DNA of 46,703 nt, taken from an uncultured Bacilli bacterium. Its GTDB lineage: Bacteria > Bacillota_I > Bacilli_A > RF39 > UBA660. The notes beneath the pieces are model-generated. The model had not been told where the DNA came from. It saw only the letters and a program-made list of their open reading frames with translations, and did not search any database. The translations under genes were made by a program, and so were the position numbers. The stretch is from positions 1 through 46,703 of the forward strand of contig CALVVT010000044.1 in the NCBI GenBank assembly GCA_944363935.1, written 5' to 3'. Shown piece after piece: positions 39,150 through 46,703 of the stretch. Each line of letters begins with the position of its first letter. Within the stretch, counting starts at the first letter, position 1.

Positions 39150-40105
39150 TGACTATTTACAAAAAAATATATAAGTTAATTAAAAAATACAATAAAATTG
39201 TTATTGCTAGACATATTGGACCTGATCCTGATGCTTTAGGAAGTAGTTTAGCTTTAAGAGATATTATTTTAAATACTTTTCCTCATAAAAAAGTATATGT
39301 AGTTGGTTCTCCAGCTAGTAAATTTAAGTATTTAGGTACTTTAGATAAGTATAATGATAGTGGGGATGCTTTATTAATTGTTACCGATACACCTAATTCT
39401 AGTAGAGTAGATGGTGTAGATGTTAAAAATTTTAAAAAAAGTATTAAAATAGATCATCATCCTTTTTTAGAAGAATTTTGTACTGTAGAATGGATAGACG
39501 ATAAAGCTTCAAGTGCAAGTCAAATGATTATTGAGCTTATTTTAAATACTAAATTAAAATTAACTAAAGAAGCTGCTTTTAAATTATATACGGGGATTAT
39601 TGCTGATAGTGGAAGGTTTATGTATGCTTATACTAGTCCTAAAACTTTAAGACTAGCTGCTTATTTAATTGCCGAAACTAATTTAGATTTTACTAAAGTT
39701 TATGAAAAATTATATGAAAGACCTTATAAAGAAATTAAGTTTAAAGGATATTTATCTCAAAACTTTATAATAACTAATAATGGAGTTGGTTATATTAAAG
39801 TAACTGACGATATTTTAAAAGAGTTTAATGTTGATGTTGCTACTCCAGGTAATATGATTAATGAGTTTAATTATATTAAAGAAATGTTAGTTTGGGTAAC
39901 TTTTACTGAAGATAAAGAAAATAATAATTACCGTGTTTCTATTAGGTCAAGAGGACCAATTATTAATAAAATTGCTGAAAATTATGGTGGTGGAGGCCAT
40001 ATATATGCTTCAGGAACTAAATTAAAAGATATAACAGATATCGATAATTTAATTAATGATTTAGATAATTGTACTAAAGAATATATAGAAAATAAGGAGT
40101 TTTAA
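39149..40105 (+). CDS. nrnA: Bifunctional oligoribonuclease/PAP phosphatase (DHH family)
   Basis: RHIGPDPDALGS, IDHH, GIIADSGRF, GGGGH. Confidence 0.92.
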   Translation: MTIYKKIYKLIKKYNKIVIARHIGPDPDALGSSLALRDIILNTFPHKKVYVVGSPASKFKYLGTLDKYNDSGDALLIVTDTPNSSRVDGVDVKNFKKSIKIDHHPFLEEFCTVEWIDDKASSASQMIIELILNTKLKLTKEAAFKLYTGIIADSGRFMYAYTSPKTLRLAAYLIAETNLDFTKVYEKLYERPYKEIKFKGYLSQNFIITNNGVGYIKVTDDILKEFNVDVATPGNMINEFNYIKEMLVWVTFTEDKENNNYRVSIRSRGPIINKIAENYGGGGHIYASGTKLKDITDIDNLINDLDNCTKEYIENKEF

Positions 40106-40194
40106 CTTTTGTTAGAATTTGTGATGGACTTGGAATTACTTTAGAAGAGTTTTTTAGCGATAAACTATTTTATAATTTAGATAGAGAAGACTAA
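40102..40194 (+). pseudogene. C-terminal fragment of an XRE-family regulator
   Basis: Translates as LTFVRICDGLGITLEEFFSDKLFYNLDRED*, with no start codon. Confidence 0.6.
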
Positions 40195-40346
40195 TTGACA
40201 GTTTTCTTTTTTTATTGATTAGTTTTTTTACCAAAAAAGTTTAAATTATAAATGTTAAAGTTAAAAAGTCATAACTTTAATAGATATTTATATTAAAATG
40301 ACTATAAACTCCATTTGAATGTATATAAAAAAACTGCTTTTAGCAG

Positions 40347-40607
40347 TTATCTAGATTCAACAATTAATTTAATAGCAGTACGTTCTTCACCATCGATAAC
40401 AATATCAGTAAAAGCAGGAATGCATATTAAATTTTTACCACTAGGGGCTACAAAACCTCTAGCTATTGCTATAGCTTTAATTGCTTGATTTAAAGCTCCA
40501 GCTCCAATTGCTTGAATTTCTACAGTTCCTTTTTCACGAAATACATTAGCAAGTGCTCCTGCTACTGAATTAGGATTAGATTTTGCTCGTACTTTAAGTG
40601 TTTCCAT
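40347..40607 (-). CDS. spoVS: Stage V sporulation protein S
   Basis: SNPNSVAGALA, AIGAGALNQAIKAIAIARGFVAP. Confidence 0.96.
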   Translation of the reverse strand: METLKVRAKSNPNSVAGALANVFREKGTVEIQAIGAGALNQAIKAIAIARGFVAPSGKNLICIPAFTDIVIDGEERTAIKLIVESR

Positions 40608-40668
40608 AATTTTTTCCTCCTTCTATATAGTAAAATATATGTTTTAAAATAAAAAAAATACCAGTTTT

Positions 40669-41454
40669 TTAACTGGTACAAACTGGAGTAGTAACACCTT
40701 CGGTAATATGAATATCAGAATTAAATGGAGTAGAAGTAACAGTAATTATTTGTCTAGTTCCATAATAATCTTTAGTTCCATAAAGGCTATAATTACCTGG
40801 ATTAACATTAGTTAAAGTATAATTTCCTTCAGCATCAGTAGTTGTTTCATATAAAGCAACACAGTCTTTGTAAATAGTTACTAAACATTTCGCACAAGGA
40901 ACGTCATTATAATAAACTTTTCCTGATACAGTAGTTGGGTTTTCTCCGGGAGCTTCAGCTTGTTCATACTGTAAATCAACAGTTAAAGAAGCTTCAGTTC
41001 CTGGCCCTGCACTTTTGACATATTCGGCTTTAACATTTAAAATTCGGCTTTCTCCAGCTTTTACAACATCACCAACGTAAAAACCAGAAGTTGTAAATTT
41101 AATGGCATCGTTTTCGTCATAATTTAAAACTAAACTACTTAAACTAGCATTAATAGTTCCAGTATTAGTTATTTTAACTGCATATTCAATACTATCACCA
41201 ACTTGTATAAAATTACAGTTAAAAGTAGCTGAATTAGCAGTAAAGGAAGGTTCTATAATATTAGTCGCACTACCTATAGTTTGACTAGTATTAACATCAG
41301 TAATTTTAATTCCCCATGAACCATTAACATAACCTTTAGCGTTAATTTTTAAATTAGTTGAAAAAGCCATATAAGCTACTGCCATAAAACAGATTAAAAC
41401 AAGTAATATTGTAATAACTAAACCTTTTTTCTGTGATTTTGTCATTGTTTTCAT
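40669..41454 (-). CDS. TasA-like subunit with a C-terminal carboxypeptidase-regulatory-like beta-sandwich
   Basis: FMAVAYMAFSTNLKINAKG; VGDSIEYAVKITNTG; TVSGKV...TTTDAEGNYTLTNVNPGNY. Confidence 0.7.
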   Translation of the reverse strand: MKTMTKSQKKGLVITILLVLICFMAVAYMAFSTNLKINAKGYVNGSWGIKITDVNTSQTIGSATNIIEPSFTANSATFNCNFIQVGDSIEYAVKITNTGTINASLSSLVLNYDENDAIKFTTSGFYVGDVVKAGESRILNVKAEYVKSAGPGTEASLTVDLQYEQAEAPGENPTTVSGKVYYNDVPCAKCLVTIYKDCVALYETTTDAEGNYTLTNVNPGNYSLYGTKDYYGTRQIITVTSTPFNSDIHITEGVTTPVCTS

Positions 41455-41502
41455 ATTCTCACCCTAATATAATAATATCATTATTTAAAGTGATTGTCAA
41501 AG

Positions 41503-42345
41503 CTATTCGGCTAATAATTTTTCTAAACTGTCAAGGTTATATCCTTTACTTTGAATGTAATTAATAATATTTATAAGTTCATTTTCTAGTTTACTATTAA
41601 TTTTATAAGCTATCATAGCCCCTGATTTTACATATTTTTTAGTTTCAATTAAAGGATATTTTTCAATTATTTTAGAAGGAATAATTGTTCTAGAATTTTG
41701 ATTTTTACAAATGTCTAATATTTTAGTATTTTTGTTTTTGGCTAAACAATAATTATTCTGCATACTAGCATTAGTAATAATAGTTTTCATCCAAATAAAA
41801 TCAGGACTATTATAATTTTCATTATCACTTAAATTACCAATAGTATGTCCTTCATTTAATAAAGCTAAAACAAGTTCATTATTCTTTTCCATAAAAGTAC
41901 TAGTAATAAAAAAAGTTCCTTTTATTTTCTTTTTATTTAAAATATTAATTATTTTATCAATATTATCATTACTATTTACTTTAAAAATTAAAGCAATTTC
42001 TTTTTTATCTTCATTGCCATTAATAATAAATTTATCTAAATTTTTATTGATAGGGTATTCTATTTCTATTTTTTTATAAACCAAAAGTTTTTCATTAAAA
42101 TACCCAATCTCTCGCATATTATTATAACTTCTATTTATATCAACCCTTCGGCCATTAGTTCCTGGAATAATTGTATTTTCATTAATGATTGGTTCAGATG
42201 GTTTAATTATATAATTATCGCTTTTATTTTTAATTTCCATAAGTAAACTGTCACTGTTTTTAGCAGCTAGACTAACTTTATCTGAATAGATAAAGCTGCC
42301 AATAATAAGCGCTAAAATACCAATAATTTGAAATAAATATTTCAT
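41503..42345 (-). CDS. Polysaccharide deacetylase-like sporulation protein (YlxY-like), catalytic motifs degenerate
   Basis: N-terminal TM, IIPGTNG, GNEDKKEIALIF, TFFIT, GHTIGN. Confidence 0.75.
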   Translation of the reverse strand: MKYLFQIIGILALIIGSFIYSDKVSLAAKNSDSLLMEIKNKSDNYIIKPSEPIINENTIIPGTNGRRVDINRSYNNMREIGYFNEKLLVYKKIEIEYPINKNLDKFIINGNEDKKEIALIFKVNSNDNIDKIINILNKKKIKGTFFITSTFMEKNNELVLALLNEGHTIGNLSDNENYNSPDFIWMKTIITNASMQNNYCLAKNKNTKILDICKNQNSRTIIPSKIIEKYPLIETKKYVKSGAMIAYKINSKLENELINIINYIQSKGYNLDSLEKLLAE

Positions 42346-42435
42346 TAAATCACCTGTTATAAATATATGTTTAAAAAGCATTATTATCACGGTTTAGTTA
42401 ATTAAACATATGATATTATGAAAGGGGGCTATAAT

Positions 42436-42645
42436 ATGAATCAAGGCTTTAGAAGGCCAATGGGTCCAGGGCCAGGACCAAGGCCAAATGGACCAGGATC
42501 TAATAGATTTGGTGGTGGCTTTTTAGGACCATTTATTTTAGGTGGAATTACTGGAGGCCTTGTTGCTCCAATATTTAATCGTCCTTATTATGGACCTTAT
42601 CAACCTTATCCAGTTTATCCACCATACTACTACCGGCCATATTAA
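42436..42645 (+). CDS. Small Gly/Pro/Tyr-rich protein (spore-coat-like)
   Basis: GGFLGPFILGGITG...PYYGPYQPYP; AC-16-CATATGATA sigK-like motif at 42389-42415. Confidence 0.7.
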   Translation: MNQGFRRPMGPGPGPRPNGPGSNRFGGGFLGPFILGGITGGLVAPIFNRPYYGPYQPYPVYPPYYYRPY

Positions 42646-42870
42646 AAGAAGCTACTGGTATTTAGCTTCTTTTTGAATTAAATATTTAAAAAGTTTGTTA
42701 AGGAAATATTTATTATAATAAGCGTATTAATTATTTTTGGTGGTATCATTAAAATGTTTTGTTTGTTGACAAATGGTAAAAATGTTGTATAATACTAATA
42801 CATCCTTAAGTTTATGCATTAATAATTTGTTTTGTTATTGTATAAAATATTTAAAGATGTTATAATAATG

Positions 42871-43057
42871 ATAGAGGAAAAGCTCATTGTGTAGACTTTG
42901 TGTTCTTCTCTATTGCAACTTGGATGTATTTGCAAGAATAATTTTTATTTTCTTGTGCAAACTAAAAAAGAGATAGACCTAATTATTGCCGTTAGGTGCT
43001 TATCTCCACATTTTGTGAGTGCACCATAACTCGTTAGTTGAGTTAGGTGCTTTTTTT
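42871..43057 (+). ncRNA. Putative antisense antitoxin RNA
   Basis: TTGTAT-17-TATAAT at 42838-42866; terminator GCACC.TAACTC...GAGTTAGGTGC-T7; overlaps the toxin mRNA 3' region. Confidence 0.55.
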
Positions 43058-43130
43058 ATTGTCCTTTGGCTTCTTTTAACAGTAATAATAATATAATTAA
43101 TATTACTGCGAATATTACTAAAAACTCCAT
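43056..43130 (-). CDS. 24-aa type I toxin-like peptide MEFLVIFAVILIILLLLLKEAKGQ
   Basis: AGAAAGGA SD; promoter TTGAAA-17-TATAAT at 43271-43243; mRNA 5' and 3' ends are complementary. Confidence 0.7.
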   Translation of the reverse strand: MEFLVIFAVILIILLLLLKEAKGQ

Positions 43131-43420
43131 CAAGAGTTCCTTTCTTAATAAGAATCTTCATGTGGACCACCTCCTATCATAAAATATTTTAAATAAATTA
43201 TGTGGAGGCAAGCACCTAACATTTTAAGTCTATCTCTTTGTCATTATATCAAAATAGGGTAATAGTTTCAATTATTCTCTATAACAAAGTTAAAAATTAT
43301 TTTAGGAGTTTTTCAAAATTAAAATCATAATATTTAGTTAAATATAAATTTTTAATTTGTTCATATTTATTTAGCATATAAAAACCTTTTTTAAATACAA
43401 GGAAGTATTTTATCAAAAAC

Positions 43421-43514
43421 CTGACATTTTTACTATTTATTACTATTTTTGTTATTGTAAAAAAGTACTGACATTTTTACTAATAATTCATTTTTAAATT
43501 TACTGACATTTTTA
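43421..43514 (+). repeat. Three direct copies of CTGACATTTTTA (integrase arm-site-like)
   Basis: Copies start at 43421, 43468 and 43503. Confidence 0.7.
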
Positions 43515-43588
43515 TTATTTTTTCACATTTATCCTGGCCCATAAAAATCAATTCCTTGTAAATTTTGTTAAAAAATGTTACGATTAGG

Positions 43589-43677
43589 GTATCACAAAAG
43601 AACGTATCTCTTATGATACTTCTAATTGTGTTTGTTAAGTTTAGATAGCTAACTTTGGTGAGGGAGCTATCTTTTTT
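43589..43677 (+). ncRNA. Candidate sRNA convergent with the Bro-N gene
   Basis: TTGTAA-17-TACGAT at 43556-43584; GTATCA/TGATAC stem; AGATAGCT/AGCTATCT terminator with T run. Confidence 0.4.
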
Positions 43678-44509
43678 ATTCTATATATTTTTTATTCATG
43701 TTATTCTCTTTAGAAATAACTGTATCTCCTAATTCTTTTTCTAAATTATTTCGTGTATTTTTTGCTATATTACCTCCACGTCGTGCAATTTTTTTGTTTT
43801 GTTCCAAACCTATGGGATTATATTTTTTTGCCAATTCTTTAGTGGCTGTTTCTCCTATATCGGTTAATAATATTTCTAAATCGCTCATATTATCTCTTAA
43901 AGATTCTTTTCTTAACCCTTTATATGCTTTGTATTCGTTGGCTTTCATCCCAGACCATGCTTTATATATTTCATTTGTCAATATACCATATTCAATAGGT
44001 TCATTAATACCTCGTTCTTTCCAAGTGTCTGTTAATTGAAATCTATGTAGTATTCCTTTTAAACGTTTTTCTATCCAAGCATCATTAAAGCCTTGAGCTT
44101 TATATACTATGATAGCTCTATCTACGGCTTTAGAAGGGTCAAATGTTTCATCTATTCTTTCACTTCCTACTTTTGCAAGCCATAGTTTAAAGGGCTCTGC
44201 TTTTGGGCTAGGAATAGACTGTATTAACCTTAAAATTCCTTTTGTATCAAGGACATCAGTTTTATAAAACTTTCCATCTTTTGATTGCATTTTCAGTTGA
44301 CTACAAATTGTAGTCAACTCACTTCCTTCCTGTTTTAAGCGGTTTTTTAATACAGACCAATATTTTCTGGGATTAGAACTGTCAGTCAGCACTTTAACTA
44401 CATCAACTACACTAAAATAATAATCTTCCTTTTCACTATCCCAAACTGTTCTAATATTTTGATTTTCAAAGATTTTAATAGTATTTTTTTTGCTAGATGT
44501 TTTTTCCAT
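43676..44509 (-). CDS. Bro-N domain protein (phage antirepressor-like)
   Basis: IRTVWD...YYFSVVDVV, YWSVLKNRL, RLIQSIPSPKAEPFKLWLA, LRDNM. Confidence 0.88.
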   Translation of the reverse strand: MEKTSSKKNTIKIFENQNIRTVWDSEKEDYYFSVVDVVKVLTDSSNPRKYWSVLKNRLKQEGSELTTICSQLKMQSKDGKFYKTDVLDTKGILRLIQSIPSPKAEPFKLWLAKVGSERIDETFDPSKAVDRAIIVYKAQGFNDAWIEKRLKGILHRFQLTDTWKERGINEPIEYGILTNEIYKAWSGMKANEYKAYKGLRKESLRDNMSDLEILLTDIGETATKELAKKYNPIGLEQNKKIARRGGNIAKNTRNNLEKELGDTVISKENNMNKKYIE

Positions 44510-44532
44510 ATAATTACCACCTTTTTACGTAA

Positions 44533-45127
44533 GTAGTGTGAATAGTTTATTACACTACCCATGCTTTTCTCTTTATATTTAAAGGCTTTTTCTAACATTT
44601 TGCTAATGACTCCCTTTTTGAAGTATTTTTTTGCTAAAATTTGCCTTTTCCTCTATCAAAAAATGACAAATACCTCTATAATAATTTTAGAACATATAGA
44701 AACGAGGTATCTGTCATGTCTAAAATTATATCAGTTTTTATTGGATTTTTAAATAGAATTAATAAAATTATTTGGAAATTTATCGTTTTCTTATCTAAAT
44801 TTATCAAAGTTGACGATGTTGTTATTAATAATAAGCCTACTAATGAACGTTATAAACAATTTAAAGTTGACGGAGAAGCTTTAATTGAACCTTTTGTTAA
44901 AATAGAACATAAAAACTATAAAAAACTTATTAAAGAAAATAATATCCAGCCTATTAATCGTCGTGGTAAATCTAAAATTTCAGATAACATTAAATGTCCT
45001 TGTTGTTCTTAATTCTATTGTCATAGATCATTTTTCTCTGTCTTTTTGATAGATTTATATCAAGATTTTCGTCTTAATATCTTTTTCTTTTTGTATGTCT
45101 AGTTTTCCATAAAACTTTTCACACTAT
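44533..45127 (+). mobile_element. Internally deleted IS remnant with terminal inverted repeats
   Basis: GTAGTGTGAATAGTTT (44533) versus the reverse complement of 45112-45127 ATAGTGTGAAAAGTTT, 14/16 match. Confidence 0.6.
44716..45012 (+). pseudogene. Truncated N-terminus of a DDE-type transposase
   Basis: YKQFKVD...PINRR...KCPCC then a stop; resembles N-termini of Firmicute DDE transposases (recalled, not searched). Confidence 0.55.
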
Positions 45128-45311
45128 CCTTTTTGATTACATATACATTACATCACACTTCGTACGCGGTGTCGATAATTTTTTGAAAAAAAGTGAAAAA
45201 TTCAGTTTTTGGTCTTGTTTTTGTAAATAGACTTTTTAGGAGTGTTTTGGGAGTTTTTCAAAATTAATGCATATAAAAACCCTTGACATAACAAGGGGTT
45301 AAATTCTATAA

Positions 45312-45385
45312 TGGAGCAGGTGAGGAGAATCGAACTCCCGTGGTTAGCTTGGAAGGCTAAAGTTCTACCATTGAACTACACCTGC
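45312..45385 (-). tRNA. tRNA-Gly(TCC)
   Basis: GCAGGTG acceptor stem, anticodon arm TTAGC-CTTCCAA-GCTAA, GTTCGA T loop, encoded CCA; 74 nt. Confidence 0.97.
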
Positions 45386-45460
45386 AATTAAATAGGCAAT
45401 TATAATTATACTTAAGATTTTGTTAAATGTCAAGTAATATTTTAAAAAAAGAGGTGTTTT

Positions 45461-45892
45461 ATGAATAGTATTGAAAAAAGAAAGTTAATGATGGATAATT
45501 ATTTAAATCCTTGTAATAAATGTGAGGTAAATGATAGTAGTTACTTAGTGGGGGATGCAAATAACAATAGCTGTATTGACGAAGTAAAAGTTATGATAAA
45601 AATGGAAAATAATGTTTTAAAAGATATAAAATTTACTGGTGAAGCCTGCGCTATATGTACAAGTTCAGCTTCAGTAATGACAAAATTATTAAAAAATAAA
45701 ACAGTGAATGAAACTAAAAAAATAATGGATAATTTTAGTAAAATGATTAATAATGAAAAATACAATCAAAACATTTTGGAAGAAGCCTTAATTTTTGACG
45801 AAATATATAAACAACCAAATAGAAAAATATGCGCTATGTTACCTTGGAAAGCTACAGAAAAAATAATTAATACTCTTGATAAAGATTTATAA
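45461..45892 (+). CDS. sufU: SUF system NifU-family Fe-S assembly protein
   Basis: NNSCIDE, FTGEACAICTSSAS, RKICAMLPW. Confidence 0.88.
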   Translation: MNSIEKRKLMMDNYLNPCNKCEVNDSSYLVGDANNNSCIDEVKVMIKMENNVLKDIKFTGEACAICTSSASVMTKLLKNKTVNETKKIMDNFSKMINNEKYNQNILEEALIFDEIYKQPNRKICAMLPWKATEKIINTLDKDL

Positions 45893-45935
45893 ACATGATA
45901 AAATGTTAATAGTTAAAAATATGGAGGCCTAGATT

Positions 45936-46268
45936 ATGAAAAAAGTTGTTGGTGCGATTATCGTACTTGTTATTTTAGCGTTAGTTGTTGGAGGAGTATT
46001 TTTATTTTATAATAAAGAGCAAAACAATAAAGAATTAGAAAATGCAATTACTCCTTTAGCTGAAGATTATTTTGATAAATATATGAGTGCAAATACTGGA
46101 AGTAATACTTATACAGTTACTTTAGAAGATTTAAAATCAGCTAATAAAAATGGAGAAGAATACGACTTATCAAAATTAAATAAATGTAGTGATAAAACAT
46201 CAGTTGATATTACAATTGATTATAAAACTGGTAAAGTAAAACAAACAAAAGTCAAACTAGATTGTTAG
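45936..46268 (+). CDS. Hypothetical membrane-anchored protein
   Basis: GGAGG SD; N-terminal TM; Cys pair ending at the terminal residue. Confidence 0.7.
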   Translation: MKKVVGAIIVLVILALVVGGVFLFYNKEQNNKELENAITPLAEDYFDKYMSANTGSNTYTVTLEDLKSANKNGEEYDLSKLNKCSDKTSVDITIDYKTGKVKQTKVKLDC

Positions 46269-46322
46269 TTTGACTTTTTTATACAATAGGAAAGTCATAC
46301 TTAATTTTATTAAAAAAGCATA

Positions 46323-46351
46323 TTGACAAACATTAGTTCGTATGATATATT
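46323..46351 (+). promoter_or_regulatory. SigA promoter overlapped by an SOS (LexA) box-like site
   Basis: TTGACA-17-TATATT with extended TG; CAAAC-ATTA-GTTCG at 46327-46340. Confidence 0.65.
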
Positions 46352-46371
46352 TGTCACAAGAGGTGATAGCT

Positions 46372-46703
46372 ATGAAAATTTTAAAAGGTTATATGTTTAG
46401 ACTTTATCCAGATAAAAACCAAGAATTATTAATTAATAAAACTATTGGCTCTTCAAGACTTGTTTATAATTACTTTTTAGCTGATAGAATTAATTATTAT
46501 AAAAACACTAAAAAAGGAAAAACAGCTTATGAGCAAATAAAAATGATACCATTTTTGTTAAAAGAATATCCATTTCTAAAAGAAGTAGATAGCTGCGCCT
46601 TAAGAAATAGTGTATTTATCCTAGATAATGCTTATCAAAACTTTTTTAATAAAAGTGGTTTCCCTAAATTTAAAAGGAAAGGAATTAATGGAAGTTATAA
46701 AAC
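46372..46703 (+). CDS. tnpB: TnpB-family (IS200/IS605) RNA-guided endonuclease, 3'-truncated by the window edge
   Basis: MKILKGYMFRLYPDKNQELLINKTIGSSRLVYNYFL...EYPFLKEVDS...LDNAYQNFF...GFPKFK. Confidence 0.88.
   Translation, partial: MKILKGYMFRLYPDKNQELLINKTIGSSRLVYNYFLADRINYYKNTKKGKTAYEQIKMIPFLLKEYPFLKEVDSCALRNSVFILDNAYQNFFNKSGFPKFKRKGINGSYK

Noticed and set aside
42766-42793. Separate gene behind TTGACA-16-TATAAT
   Set aside because: No ORF or terminator follows; more simply a tandem promoter for the antisense RNA
43421-43514. CRISPR array
   Set aside because: Repeats are only 12 bp with uneven periods (47 and 35 bp), and there are no cas genes
116-45765. Short antisense or overlapping ORFs in the track (e.g. 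116-301, 2968-3168, 6611-6877, 9066-9311, 14960-15193, 25337-25768, 34238-34447, 43698-44039, 45541-45765)
   Set aside because: Shadow frames of well-supported genes with no recognisable motifs

Overview
Very AT-rich bacterial chromosomal segment using genetic code 11 (TGA ends tex, the response regulator and dnaE). Gene content points to a reduced low-GC Bacillota/Bacilli lineage; RF39-like is my inference. The housekeeping backbone includes rpsT, infC-rpmI-rplT with an L20 leader, rnhB, dinB, tex, a U32 protein, obgE, rpmB, dnaE, dusB, ackA, nrnA, sufU and tRNA-Gly. Sporulation genes (gpr, sspI, spoVS, a YlxY-like deacetylase, an orphan kinase with 0A boxes) are scattered through it. The main finding is a dispersed candidate surface-fibre system. 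Its core is two TasA/CalY-like subunit genes, a SipW-type (Ser-His) signal peptidase fused to a multipass membrane domain, and a DUF5305-like protein. Four further genes share the signal/N-terminal strand and/or the subunit domain in combinations that suggest anchor, tip-adhesin and cargo roles. Unannotated intergenic content includes three type I toxin-antitoxin-like loci, two orphan sRNA candidates and a GC-rich palindrome present twice. Other accessory features are a HipA-like kinase cassette between 26-bp direct repeats, a decayed island beside tRNA-Gly, and a tnpB with an SOS-box-like promoter. All family names come from motif recognition by eye, not database searches.
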